From Eledone cirrhosa (lineage: Eukaryota), in assembly GCA_964016885.1 (NCBI GenBank), contig OZ024740.1, positions 296,608,001 through 296,672,000 of the forward strand: a stretch of 64,000 bases of DNA. Direction: 5' to 3'. The notes under the pieces were generated by a model that worked only from the letters and a program-made list of their open reading frames with translations, was not told where the DNA came from and made no database searches. Positions 36,881 through 50,237 of the stretch are shown one piece after another (position 1 is the stretch's first letter; each line of letters begins with the position of its first letter). Position numbers and translations under genes: made by a program.

Positions 36881-38970
36881 GGTTAGCATAGGTTAGTCGT
36901 TAGTGATATCTAAGTAAGCAAGAGATGGAATGCCATTCAAGATGTGTATGACGAAAAAGAAGACGATTTAGAGACATATGACATAGATAATAACTGGAAT
37001 TTCTTACGTGGCAACTTACTGTAGGCTACTGATGAAACTTGTGGCTGGAGCAGAGCTCCAACCAGACAGAGAGTGACCTGGTGGTGGAATAACACAGTAG
37101 ATAGGGCCATTAGAGACAACAGACTAGCATGGAAGGCTTGGGAAAAGGGTGGGAGTAGAGAAGGATATACAGCCGCTAAGAGAGAAGCTAGACGTCAGGT
37201 GTACTTAGCACGCAGGGAGGCTGAGAGTAGGAGGTTTGCCAATGTTCTGCGATGGGAAGATCAGAGGCGTGCGGTGTTCCACATTGCAAGGCAGTGTGTC
37301 AATGAAAATCAGGATGTTGTTGGAGATAAATGTGTCCGGAATGATGCCGGTGCAATTAGTGTCACGAATGATCAGAAAAAGGGGGCCTGGAAATGACATT
37401 ATGAGAGACTGATGAATGTGGAGAACGAATGGGAGAGAGAGAAATTACCCTCAGTAGATCCGACAGAAGGACCAGCTATTGAGATTGATGAATATAGGGT
37501 CCAAGAGGCGATTAAGGAAATGAAAAATGGTAAGGCTGCTGGACCGTCGGGGATAGTTGCTGAGATGCTAAAGGCATCAGGGGACGTAGGCACTAAACTG
37601 GTTGCACGCATAATCAATCAGGCTATATACGGTGGTGTCATACCCAAAGACTGGTGCAGCAGTATTCTCATAGATTGCTACAAAGGTAAGGGGGATGCTC
37701 TGGAGAGGAGCAATTATAGGGGTATAAAACTGATGGATCAGGTTATGAAAGTGGCAGAAAGGATATTAGCACAACTAATTAGAGAAAGGGTCAAACTAGA
37801 TGAGATGCAGTTTGGTTTTGTGCCTGGGAAAAGTACAACAGATGCCCTCTTCTTGGTGAGACAATTACAAGAGAGGTTTTTAGAGAAGAATAAGCCACTA
37901 TACTTAGCCTTTGTTGACCTAGAGAAGGCCTTTGATAGGGTACGCCGATCTGTCATCTGGTGGTCCCTAAGGAAACTAGGTGTTAAGGAATGGCTTGTGA
38001 GGGCAGTGGAAACTGTGTACAGAGGTGCTGTCAGTAAATTCAGGGTAGGAATAGAGTTTAGTGAGGAATTCCAGATACAAGTAGGAGTACATCAAGGTTC
38101 GGTCCTCAGCCCGCTCTTGTTCATTATAGTCCTCCAAGCCATAACAGAGGAGTTTAAGACTGGCTGTCCATGGAAACTTCTCTATGCTGACGATTTGGTT
38201 CTTATAACAGAATCAGTAGAGGAACTAGAGAATAAATTCTGGCTATGGAAACAGCAGTTGGAAGCAAGAGGACTGAGAGTGAACCTAGCTAAGGCAAAAG
38301 TGTTGATGAGTAGAAAAGATGACAAAACTCTGATTCCGTCAGGGAAATGGCCATGTTCGATATGCAGAAAAGGAACTGCCATAAATTCTATAAAATGCAC
38401 ACAATGCAGATGCTGAGTACACAAGAGATGTAGTGTGATAGCAGGAAAACTAACCCGTAGGGAGAAATACGTATGCAGTAGATGTACAGGGAAATTAGAC
38501 AGTAGCAGTCGCATTGATAGACACATTTTTCAAATGTAGGCGGGTGCTATAGAAGTGGCGGATAGCTTCCGGTACCTAGGAGATCAGATTAGCATGGGAG
38601 GGGGGGGGGGGGGTTCCGTGGCCATAGTATCTAGAATAAGGACGGGTTGGAAGAAGTTTAGAGATCTGCTTCCTCTGCTGACGAAGGAGAGTTTCTACCT
38701 GCATACGAAAGGCCGGTTATATGATGCCTGTGTGAGGAGCGCGATACTGCATGGTAGTGAGACATGGGCAGCAACTGCAGAGGATATGTGACGGCTGGAG
38801 AGAAATGAGGCAAGCATACTCCGTTGGATGTACAATGTCAATGTGCGTGAATGACACAGCATGGATGTGTTGAGAGAGAAACTGTGTCTGAGAGGGATAG
38901 AATGTAATGTGCGGGAGAGGAGACTGAGGTGGTATGGACATGTGATGCGCATGGAGGATGACCGATGGGT
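36881..38970 (+). mobile_element. RTE LINE copy (same family as 60934-64000), truncated and pseudogenised
   Basis: VTWWWN, GKAAGPSG, NYRGIKL, MQFGF, FVDLEKAFDRV, HQGSVLSP, LLYADD, Cys-rich insert, FRYLG, RRLRWYGHV; several in-frame stops. Confidence 0.95.
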
Positions 38971-39105
38971 ATATATATTCAGGTGTGAATCAAAGTACAA
39001 CGGTGTGAGTTCAAATAGCATCATGTCCAAAATGAGGTGTTCTCAGTTTATAAGTAATTCAACAAACAAACACAATGAACTATAGATATTACAGATAGTT
39101 CCAGA

Positions 39106-39108
<3 letters not shown>

Positions 39109-39164
<56 letters not shown>

Positions 39165-39167
39165 CGC

Positions 39168-39218
<51 letters not shown>
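39109..39218. repeat. (TC)n microsatellite
   Basis: Direct reading. Confidence 0.97.
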
Positions 39219-39219
<1 letters not shown>

Positions 39220-39283
39220 ACCCATTCTAGCATGGAAGATGGACGCTGAACGAAGATGATGATGATGATATATATATATATTA

Positions 39284-39642
39284 TGGAGGCACATGGCTTA
39301 GTGATTAGAGCATTGACCTTGCAATTGAAAGGTTGTGAGTTCAATTCTTAGACCGGGGATGTGTTGTTTCCTTGAGCAAGACACTTTATTTCACATTGTT
39401 CCAGTTTATACAGCTGTAGAAATGAGATGATAGGGACTGGGATCCCTATCATTCCACTGCAAAGTGGTCGTGGAGGTGCCACGGCAAAAGAGCACCCAGC
39501 CCACACTGTAAAGTGGTCGTGTAGGCGCCACAGTAAATGAGGTTGGTGTTAGGAAGGGCATCTAGCTGAATAAATCAAGCCAGAATCAGTTCCCATCCCA
39601 CCCTTGCAAGCCGGGAAAAGCGGACGCAAAATGATGATGATG
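39284..39642 (+). mobile_element. tRNA-derived SINE with Nin-like central domain and RTE-type (GAT)n tail
   Basis: A-box tggcttagtgattagagc, B-box gagttcaattc, core gtgttgtttccttgagcaagacactttatttcac, tail ggaaaagcggacgcaaaatgatgatgatg. May be two fused SINE pieces. Confidence 0.75.
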
Positions 39643-40302
39643 ATATATATGTAGTGGATAAAGGTGTATTCCTTTCGGGATGAATGATAAAAAGAATAAT
39701 GCCAGAATGTGATGTTAACAATGTTTATTTTACAATAACAATATTCACTTGTTGGTACATTGAGTATCGAGTAATAAACTTGTGGCAGCAATTATCACTA
39801 TATTATTTACTGGCTAGCTACTTCGAGCTAGCGTGTATGCATGTATCAATACAGCGATATAAATAACAGGAAGACGAAGGATTAGTAAAAAACATAAGTA
39901 AACCTACCGTGTGTTTATGTTTGTCTATCCTGTCGTTGGTCAAATTTGCTGAGCGGGTATGAAATGCGAGAGCCTTAGGCCAGGAGAAAGAAAGAGTAAA
40001 AGGTCTGCTGATGCCTATATCGTTATCTCTCGCGGACTGTTTGCTGCTTCGGGGTCTCTCTGCCTAGTGGTGTAGTCTGTGGCCGAAAAGGTGAGAGCCA
40101 GTAAGGCCAGGAGAGATAGATAGAGTAAAAGGGAATTGACTACATCGTTATTCTCTCAAGGACTACTGCTTCATGGTGTGACTGCTGGGTACTCCAAGTC
40201 TTTGTATTTATAAGTTTTCTATAGCTATGTGTATATGTGTATATGGGGTTGATTTATGATCAGCCATGTGGATATCTATCTATCTATCTATCTATCTATC
40301 TA

Positions 40303-43300
40303 CGGAGGGCAAAACTTTCGTCAAGGCATAATCGTCTCCACACCTTAAACTTATAAGGGTTTCTATGGAAACCTATAATGACCTAAAAAATAAATTTTCA
40401 CAGGACGTGGGCAACCCCTGCCACAAACCCATCAAACGCGTCCTGTTAAAATGTTTCCCCACCCCACCCAACACCCCATCCAGCACCCAAATGGAGATTG
40501 AACAACCCTATCTCCAGGAAACGAAAAGGTAAGTGCACCTTTCGTCCTTTTTCTCCAACTTTTCTTCACCAACATGACTAGTTTACGAGTTGGAACCGTG
40601 AATGTGCGTGGCCTAGGGATGCCCTGGAAACAGGGCCAACTTTTAAACGACCTTAGGTCACACAGTATGGATGTGATAGCCATCACCGAGTCCAGGATCC
40701 ACAACAGTCAGAAACTAACCCCCATCTTCGTCGCCTTTGAGATCTACGCATCTCTCTGTCAGCCAGGAGGTGGAGGTGGAGTGGCTGTCATGTTTCGGAA
40801 GAACCTGAACGTCGGAGTACAGCAAGTACACTTGGACCCGGAGGGTAGACTGGTAGTCCTAGACGTGAACAGTATCGGAGGTGGAGCCTTCAGACTGGTG
40901 GCCGTTTATGCCCCGACCGGGCAATCGCAATCACGGCCAGACTTCTTTAAGCGTCTAGAGTCTTTTCTGGGAACGTCTCGCTCCTTACTTTTAGTGGGGG
41001 ACTGGAATGGTATCCTAGATGCACGATGGAACTATGTGGGAGCATGTCCCAGTAGAGCTGGGTGCAACAGCCTCAAAACTTTAATCGACCAATTCCAACT
41101 GGCCGATAGGTATCGACTGGATTTTCCGACTGCACCACAGTGGACGTGGGCAAACCGCAATGGGACATATAGATCGTATTTAGATAGGTTCTTCATTAGA
41201 GAAAGGGACAAGGAGATGTTAAGCTGTCCACGAATGCACGTGGTTGCCTATTCAGATCACAAGTTAGTCGTCTGCTTAGTCAACCGTGATAGAATACATA
41301 GACAGGGTCCCGGATACTGGAAGCTGAACGTGTCATTGCCGGCACGTAAAGCTTACAGTGAACGGATAAGTAGACTAGTCAAGCAACAGTTAACGGGAGC
41401 CATCGTCAACAATAGATGGTGGTACTCTCTCAAGAAAGCAATTAGAATAGAATCGATAATGTATAGCAGAGAGTTAGCCTTAGAGAAAAACAGAATAGAA
41501 AGAGAATTAGTAGCCAAGGTAGAGGAGGCACTTAGAAGTGGAAACGCGGCTAGAGTGTTAGCGTCAAGAACAGCACTGGACCAGTTCTTCGATGCGAAAC
41601 ACGAAGGCTGCGTGGTCAGAAGCAAAACACGTGCTCTAGGAAACGAAGGAGTGAAAGCTGTCAGCTGAGCCCGAGTGGCGGAGGCAAAAAGTGGCAACAA
41701 GTCCACAATTCGGTCTTTGAAAGACCAAAACGGACGCGTGCTATTTGACCCCAAGCAAATGTGCACGGCCTTTCAGCGGCACTTTGCGCGACTGTTTGAG
41801 CAGAACGACGGTGAGCCGAACGGGGCAATGGACTTTAGTTCATACCTCGACGGCCTGCCGCGTCTCTCAAACACGGACGCCGAGTTCTGCGAAAGACCGA
41901 TCACGGACACTGAGATACGGGACGCTCTGGGCCGCTGCAGGAAACGCAAGTCACCCGGTCTAGATGGTCTACCCTACGAATTTTACATAGGCATGCCGGA
42001 CTTGTTCTCTGGCGTCCTCAAAGCCGTCTACTGCAATTGGCAGCAGAACGGGAGAATTCCCAGTTCTGAAGGCAAAGGCGTAGTAACGCTGATCAGGAAA
42101 GACGAGAACAAGGGGGACAAAATTAACAACTTCAGACCCATAACTCTGCTCAACACAGAGTTAAAGATTTTGGCCAAGGTGCTAGCGACGAGGTTGGCGC
42201 TTGTCGTCGAGAACCTGGTAGGTAAAGCGCAAACGTGTGCAATCCAGACCAGGTCCATACACGACAACCTCCACCTCATGCGATACATCATAGAGAGGGT
42301 GGGTAGTAAACCCGGCTTCGGTGTGGCTCTGATCAACTTGGATCAGTCTAAGGCATTCGATAGGGTCGACCATTGATACTTGGAAGCGGTTCTCAAGGCG
42401 GCCGGTTTCGGTCCCGTGGTCAGAGGATGGATCGAGGCGATGCACACCAGCATCTGCTCGAGGGTCAAGGTGAACAGTTACTTCGGAGCCGTTCGCAATC
42501 ACGCGTTCCATTCGACAGGGGTGCCATCTCTCCTCCATTCTGTATGTATTGACTCTAGAGCCACTACTGCGGAAATTGGAGCTGTTGCAGGGCTTATGCC
42601 GACGACGTGACGGTAATGGTGTCGAGCACCTCGGAAATCGGGGTGATCGGCAACTTACTGAAAGAATACGAAACGCTGACGGGAGCAAAACTAAACCCGG
42701 ACAAGTCTGTCGGTTTGCAACTCGGTACGTAGAGAGGCAAACCGATGACATCCGACAGCGTCGTTGGACGCTGGGCGGACGGACCGGTGAAATTGCTCGG
42801 GGTCTGGTTCGGTCCAGACCTCCAGGTGGAGAAAAACTGGAACGAGGTCACGGCCAAGGTGTTTGCACTCACCCAGAAGTGGGCAGAGTGCAAACTGTCC
42901 TTGAAAGGTCGAGCGGAGGTGGCGAACACTTTCATAGCGTCCGTCATCTACTACCGCTTGACTGTCGTGCCTTGTCCCCGTGAACACCTCGCCAAGATGG
43001 AACGCATGCTCTTCCAGTTTCTGTGGAAGAAGCAGGCTCCGCTGGTGAGGAGATCCGTCTGCTGTCAGCACCCTTCCAACGGAGGGCTGGGAATGCCGTG
43101 GCTGATGATGCGCAAACATGTGCTGAAGCTGCGGCATCTCCAGGTATTCCTCACCGACCCCCAACCGGTGTGGGCGCCGTTTGTGAGACAGGCTTTCCCA
43201 CTGCTCGTCTCGTTGACGGAGCTGCAGTCCTGGGTGAAGAAAAGACCGAAAACGATGGGTGCCTGGCACATTGAATGCGCTCAGGCGCTCACAGTCCTCT

Positions 43301-44203
43301 GGCAGCAATCAGTGGATACTCCACTTCGACATTCTATAGAGGGATTGTACGTTACAATGGCGACGACGTGCTCGGAGAGACTCTGGGCGTCGAAGACGAT
43401 GAGCTCACCAGTCTGTTTGGTAGGACTTTCCGCCCGAGACCTATGGACAACTTCCAGAGGTCCCTGGCCTGGCAGTGCTACCGAGGAGCTCTACCGGTTC
43501 GTGACAAGATCTACAGGCACGGACGCCCCGGCAGGGATCCTTCCAAGAGGACGTGTCCAAGATGCGCGCAGGACATTGAAACAGTCCTGCACGCAATTGT
43601 ACACTGCCCGGGCGTAACCGATCTGTGGAACTATGCAGAACAACTGCTGTCGCGTATGGGACAAATCCAGTTGACTGCCGAGTCCATAGTAAGGATCAAA
43701 CCGCCAGCCTCTTTCAAAAACGAAAGAGAGGCGGTTTTCCTCTGTACAGTGGCTATGGTGAAAGAAGTTATATAGTGGACGAGGTTGAGAGGACTGAGGA
43801 CAGATGCCTTTCTCTCCGGACAACAATTGATTCTATTCTTTAAGTATCACTTTAGAAGGAGAATCAGGGTGGAGAGAGAGGCACTGCACCCCAGTAAATT
43901 TACTGAAAGGTGGGTGAATGAAGCGAAAATGGCCCGAGTGATTGGGCCTTCTCTGTTTATAAGCCTGTAGGTTGAGGAAGAGAGCAAAAGGAAGAAAGGA
44001 GCACTTACACAACACGCTCATGGAGTTGAGGGTTGTTCTATCGACGGGGTATTAAACAACCCATTTGTGGTGCCTTCCCCCTATTGGGGATTTCGATTGT
44101 TGTAATTGTTTGTTTTTATATTTTTACACGACTGTATGTAAAATCCCCGGCATGTCTTTGTATTGTCCCCTTTTCTTGTGCGCCCTTGTAACTAATAAAG
44201 AAA
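40303..44203 (+). mobile_element. Tx1/L1-clade LINE (ORF2: AP endonuclease, RT, zf-RVT), disabled by stops and frameshifts
   Basis: TVNVRGL, AVYAP, GDWN, SYLDRF, SDH, GYWKLN; KSPGLDGLP, FRPITLLN, LDQSKAFDRV, (A)YADD near 42595; CPRC...ETVLHAIVHC. AATAAA at 44194-44199. (TATC)n on both sides. Confidence 0.95.
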
Positions 44204-44491
<288 letters not shown>

Positions 44492-44658
44492 TGAATAGAT
44501 ATATTAGTGTGTGTGTGTCCGTTAGATGTATTATTGCATTTCAAGAATTACGAAGAATTTGCAAGTTACTTCATCCAGAGAGGATTAATAATAGCTTCAC
44601 TAACTTTGGGGGACTATTTGTGTGTGGTGGTGTGTATGTATATATGTATATATATATT

Positions 44659-44823
44659 CGTGCATGCGCACTTCGGTCCAGCCTTTGCACATGTCCACTT
44701 CGGTCCAGCCTTTGCACATGTCCACTTAGGTCCAGCCTTCACACATGTTCACTTAGGCCCAGCCTTTACACATGCGGACTTAAGTCCAGCCTTCGCGCAT
44801 GCGCACTTCGGTCCAGCCTTCAC
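44659..44823. repeat. 30-bp tandem repeat, about 5.5 copies
   Basis: Unit approximately gcacatgtccacttcggtccagccttt plus 3 variable bases. Confidence 0.9.
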
Positions 44824-45392
44824 TGAGAGAGAATCAACATGACATTGAACGCTAGTAGTTTGTGATCTGATGCTACTTGGAGAATTTTATATATATTATT
44901 TATATTGCAAAAGGGATTGCCAAAGTTGTAATAATTTATAGTTTTAAAGGACTTAATGTTCAATCCTTCCTTACATGAACAGTTAATTAATTTTAATCTG
45001 TGTGGATTCTTATTTGTTACAACTAGGTGTTTTGTATTTAGTTTGCAAACTTTGTACACTTTAAAACCTGTGTATTCTTTCTTTATATCATCTAGATCCA
45101 CTTCATAATAGAATGAGACTGAAGGAATGTATGTATGCTAAAAGATATAAGAATATGCTATAAACATACATGCAACTTTGTTTTTGAGTTTCTCCAATAC
45201 TGATTGCAAATAATCATTTATAAGCAACTTATTTTTTAAATACCCCTACTTTTCATTAATATTAAAATTTAAGAAATAAAATGAATCAAAATTTCCCACT
45301 CAAATTGCAGTTACGATTTTTAGAAATTCTTGTTAGTGTGATACAACAAATACTTTTATTTTTGTTATAAACTTTTCTTTAGTTAAGGATAT

Positions 45393-46346
45393 GCATGCAG
45401 CCTCACCTGTAACTTTTATGTTGTGAAGACTCGAACGTCGTTTGAACTTATCAAACCAGACTTTGCTTGGCTTGAATACAAAGTCCTCCACCCCCATTTC
45501 AGTCTTGAGCCTGTCAATAATGGGCAATGCTTTCTCACTGATTACATTTAAAGACAGAGGCATATTTTGACGATTTTGGTCGTCGATCCAACTTTTGAGC
45601 AACTTTTCTATCCTATCCATAATCGGCTCACGATGTTTGGTCAACAATTTACTCTGTAGACTCGTAGCATTCTCCCCAACTTTATTGACAGCCTCACTAA
45701 TTTTTAAAACAGTCCAGACTATAGACTGGCCTAGGCCTAAGTTACGACTTATGGCAGATGTACCTTGCTCCTGTTCCTTCCTTTTCAAAACGTCCAGCTT
45801 TATTTCCAAAGTCAGGCTCTTCCTGATGCGTTTGGCCTTTCCATCTGCATCAGCAATATTCGCAGGACGTTTTGGGGCCATGAAATATGAAGTTATAAGA
45901 TATGCCGTGATAATTATGCTCCAAAAACACGCCGTCGGGTTTTCTCTTACTTTGAATGACGTCATAACTCTTAACTGATCACTTCAGTTCGGCAAAAATT
46001 CTCTCACGCTAGTTTGCCGAACTGAAGTGATCAGTTAAGAGTTGTGACGTCATCGACCGATATCTGAACACGCTCGTGATTGGCCAGTTTCTCGGTAAGG
46101 TCAGTTAGTACGATAGCAGTAGTAACACAATTTTCCTAGAATTCGAATAGCAGTCAGTTTCCATGAATGCAAGGGGGAATTTATTGCTTACTACAGGTGG
46201 TGCTACGGTACAATATAAACAAAACAGGACCAAAAACCGTATCTGTGAATTTTTTTTACCGTAAATAGACTTGATGGTAGTAATTACCCAAAACCGTATC
46301 TGTGAATTTACCGGATAAAGAACTACCATATATCGAGGACCCACTG
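45393..46346 (-). mobile_element. Tigger/pogo DNA transposon, 5' portion (TIR plus CENP-B-type DNA-binding domains, no DDE domain)
   Basis: TA|CAGTGGGTCCTCGATAT terminal sequence. Subterminal repeat aaaaccgtatctgtgaattt occurs twice. ATG at 45881: MAPKR...RKSLTLEIKLDVL...IEKLLKSWIDDQ...FKPSKVWFDKFKRRSSLHNIKVTGEAA, after which similarity stops. Confidence 0.92.
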
Positions 46347-46474
46347 TATATATATAAGAGAAGTTAGAGTTTTCCAAGAGATGTCAACATGAATGGACCT
46401 GTTATTTTTACCTAAAGACACTTTTTCCAATTCCACCCAGCCCGTCCCATCAATCTATCTTATTTCTCATTCTT

Positions 46475-46510
46475 TCTTCTGATGAAGGACTGGTGTCCAA
46501 AACGTTAAGA
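46475..46510 (+). ncRNA. Degenerate minimal hammerhead motif (solo Penelope pLTR remnant)
   Basis: TCTT-CTGATGA-a-GGAC tggt GTCC-AAAAC-GTT-AAGA. The GAAA box has G to A, consistent with CpG decay. Confidence 0.5.
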
Positions 46511-46594
46511 CCCTCTTCCTGCTATTTCAAGTGTCAACCAAATATATTCCTTCCATATACCGTACTGATTGTGTTGTTATTTCTGTTTACCTTT

Positions 46595-46646
<52 letters not shown>

Positions 46647-46984
46647 ATGAAGTGAAGTGTTATATTATATATATATATACAATAGGAATTTAGCTCAATA
46701 CCATGCTAAATGCATTGAAGCATTTACAATTATTTCAACCTTTATTGCCCATAGAACTGCTTGGTGATAACAAGTGCAAAAAATACTTGTATCAGAGGAA
46801 ACATAAATGATACATTCACAGTGCAACCTACCTGTTGATTTTTCCTGTGCACCTGTCTCACATGAAGTTTACCATCTCTGTCTGTCTACATGTGATCTTG
46901 CTACATTACTTGTGTTTCTACTTACTTTTTCACAGCATATTAAACAAGGCCATTAACTTGATGGTTTCAGAGTTCTATCCTATT

Positions 46985-47465
46985 TCATCATTGTTACATC
47001 TGTTTTTCCACACTTGCATATAGGTTGGATGGGTCTTTTTCAGCACAGCATCACTCCACTCATCACATTCTGTCCTTATCTCTTCTGTGAGTCTCAGCAA
47101 TTTGAGATCAGCTTTTACCACCACCACCCAGGTCTTCCTTACTCTACCTGATCTGTAGCTTCCTTCTGCTGGGATTTCCTGGCACTTTTTCACCCAGTGA
47201 TCATCATCCATGCACATTATATGCTTATTCCAACACAGTTTTCTCTCTTGTACACCACCTCTGATTCCTCTTAGACCCAGTTCGTTGAAACTCTGCCTTT
47301 CTCTCACATTTACATTGCACATCCAACGAAGCATGGTTGTTTCATTTCTCTCCAGCCTACATGTCACTGACCATGTTTCACTACCATGATGCATTGCACC
47401 TCACACACCGCCATCCTTTTGTATGTAGGGAGAAACATTTTTGTCAACAGTGAGTGTCTCTCTAA
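46985..47465 (-). mobile_element. Degraded RTE LINE 3' fragment
   Basis: MHHGSETW...RLERNE...MLRWMCNV...WVKKCQ...GRVRKTW; tail gtgtggaaaaacagatgtaacaatgatga. Confidence 0.88.
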
Positions 47466-48377
47466 ACTTATTCAGATTTTATTTCTATATTTTCTGCTAT
47501 GGGGGCTAGATATCAGCATACCAGTGTTCCAATGGATATCCAGTCATGGAGTCCTCTCTTATGACATTGAGGACTATAATGAACAGGATAGAGCTGAGAA
47601 CAGATACCTGGTGGACTCCTTCTAGCATACTAAATTAATTTCTGTACTCATTGTTAACTCTAACTTTGCTAACTGCACCCATGTACAGGGGTTATACAGC
47701 TCTCAAAGGCCATTCAAACTTCATTTGTGAAAGGGAACAATACAAACGTATACTGACATATTTGATTTTTGCAGTCCATTTAATGAAATACAGAAACATT
47801 TATTCTCTATAAATGGTGGCCCTGTGATTAAGTAGTGATGGAATTCAATCCATATCCCAATATGATGATTGACATTAAGGAAACACATTATTGTAATAGC
47901 TCAGCATAGAACTTCTGATGAGATTTGAATCATTATTGTCTTTCAATTAAAACAGTTTTGTCTATCAATTCTTGGCTATTCCATAGTCTCAACTCTAGGA
48001 TGACATTGTGGAGTAAATCCCTAATATTAAAAAGGTGGTTTTACAGTTGCAATTTAATTTAATACTTAGGTTGGGTAAATATATTTACTGTCATAAGAGA
48101 TAGTATAAGTACACCAATATGTTATAAATTCATATTTAATTTGTTTGATTAATGAAAATCATGTAAATAGAGGGAAATTATACATTATTTTATTGACAAT
48201 ATATTTTATTTATAAAGAAACAATAGGAAATGTTAGATAAAGGATATGTTGATTTCAGAAAATATCTATCAACACATGTGAAAAGAAGCAACTATAATTT
48301 AGTATTAATATTGAGGAAAGCAATATTCTCTTTATGATCAAACTACTACATTGAACAGTGAATATCCTATTGAATAT

Positions 48378-49947
48378 CACATTTCAACATAAACAGTGTG
48401 TAGATATTACATATACATTTCAACATAAACAATGTGTAGATAAGATACACATCTCAACATAAACTGTGTGTAGATAAAACATACACATTTCAACATAAAC
48501 AGTGTGTAGATATTACATACACATCTCAACATAAACAGTGTGTAGATAAGACATACACATCTCAACATAAACTGTGTGTAGATAAGACACACACATCTCA
48601 ACATAAACAGTGTGTAGATGAGACACACACATCTCAACATAAACAGTGTGTAGATGAGACACACATCTCAACATAAACAGTGTGTAGATGAGACACACAT
48701 CTCAACATAAACAGTGTGTAGATGAGACACACATCTCAACATAAACAGTGTGTAGATAAGACATACACATCTCAACATAAACAGTGTGTAGATAAGACAT
48801 ACACATCTCAACATAAACAGTGTGTAGATAAGACACACATCTCAACATAAACAGTGTGTAGATGAGACACACATCTCAACATAAACAGTGTGTAGATAAG
48901 ACACACATCTCAACATAAACAGTGTGTAGATAAGACATACACATTTTGACATAAACAGTGTGTAGATAAGACATACACATCTCAACATAAACAGTGTGTA
49001 GATAAGACATACACATCTCAACATAAACAGTGTGTAGAGAAGACATACACATTTTGACATAAACAGTGTGTAGATAAGACATACACATCTCAACATAAAC
49101 AGTGTGTAGATAAGACATACACATCTCAACATAAACAGTGTGTAGATAAGACATACACATCTCAACATAAACAGTGTGTAGATAAGACATACACATTTTG
49201 ACATAAACAGTGTGTAGATAAGACATACACATCTCAACATAAACAGTGTGTAGATATTACATACACATTTCAACACAAATAGTGTGTAGATAAGACACAC
49301 ACATCTCAACATAAACAGTGTGTAGATAAGACACACACATCTCAACATAAACAGTGTGTAGATAAGACATACACATCCCAACATAAACAGTGTGTAGATA
49401 AGACATACACATCTCAATATAAACAGTGTGTAGATAAGACACACACATCTCAACATAAACAGTGTGTAGATAAGACATACACATCTCAACATAAACAGTG
49501 TGTAGATAAGACATACAAATCTCAACATAAACAGTGTGTAGATAAGACATACACATCTCAACATAAACAGTGTGTAGATAAGACACACACATCTCAACAT
49601 AGACAATGTGTAGATAAGACATACACATCTCAACATAAACAGTGTGTAAATAAGACACACACATCTCAACATAAACAGTGTGTAGATAAGACACACACAT
49701 CTCAACATAAACAGTGTGTAGATAAGACATACACATCTCAACATAAACAGTGTGTAGATAAGACATACACATCTCAATATAAACAGTGTGTAAATAGGAC
49801 ATACACATCTCAACATAAACAGTGTGTAGATAAGACACACATCTCAATATAAACAGTGTGTAGATAAGACACACACATCTCAATATAAACAGTGTGTAGA
49901 TAAGACATACACATCTCAACATAAACAGTGTGAAGATAAGACATACA
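48378..49947. repeat. 36-bp minisatellite, about 44 copies, some 34-bp variants
   Basis: Unit catctcaacataaacagtgtgtagataagacataca; 12-aa periodicity in the spurious ORFs. Confidence 0.97.
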
Positions 49948-50079
49948 ACAATCTTCCATATATTAATTATTAATTTTATGACAATCTCTAAATAATATTA
50001 AAAAAGGGGAAATATTAGTTCATTAAAATAGCATTTCAACCCATCCCTGTGTTGAACCACCATACTATAATTACAACAA

Positions 50080-50237
50080 TTATCTATAAGTCAGTTTGAT
50101 AGAAACAGGATTCAAAGGTTTCAGTACCAACTCTGAGGATGGAGAAAGATCTTCTATCTGTTGAGTTGTTTCAAGATTAAATTTTCTGAGAATTTGTGAT
50201 AAGACAATTTTCTCTTCTAACATGGCAAACTTTTGTC
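50080..50237 (-). CDS. Cytochrome P450 CYP4 clan (CYP4V-like), last coding exon
   Basis: tttcag acceptor; (G)QKFAMLEEKIVLSQILRKFNLETTQQIEDLSPSSELVLKPLNPVSIKLTYR-TAA; phase matches the preceding exon. Confidence 0.95.

Noticed and set aside
47914-47960. CTGATGA followed by a short stem, hammerhead-like
   Set aside because: No correctly placed GAAA box or stem I partner.
48407-49922. Cys-rich 12-aa repeat ORFs (LRCVCLIYTLFM)n
   Set aside because: Translation of the 36-bp minisatellite; 34-bp units break the frame.
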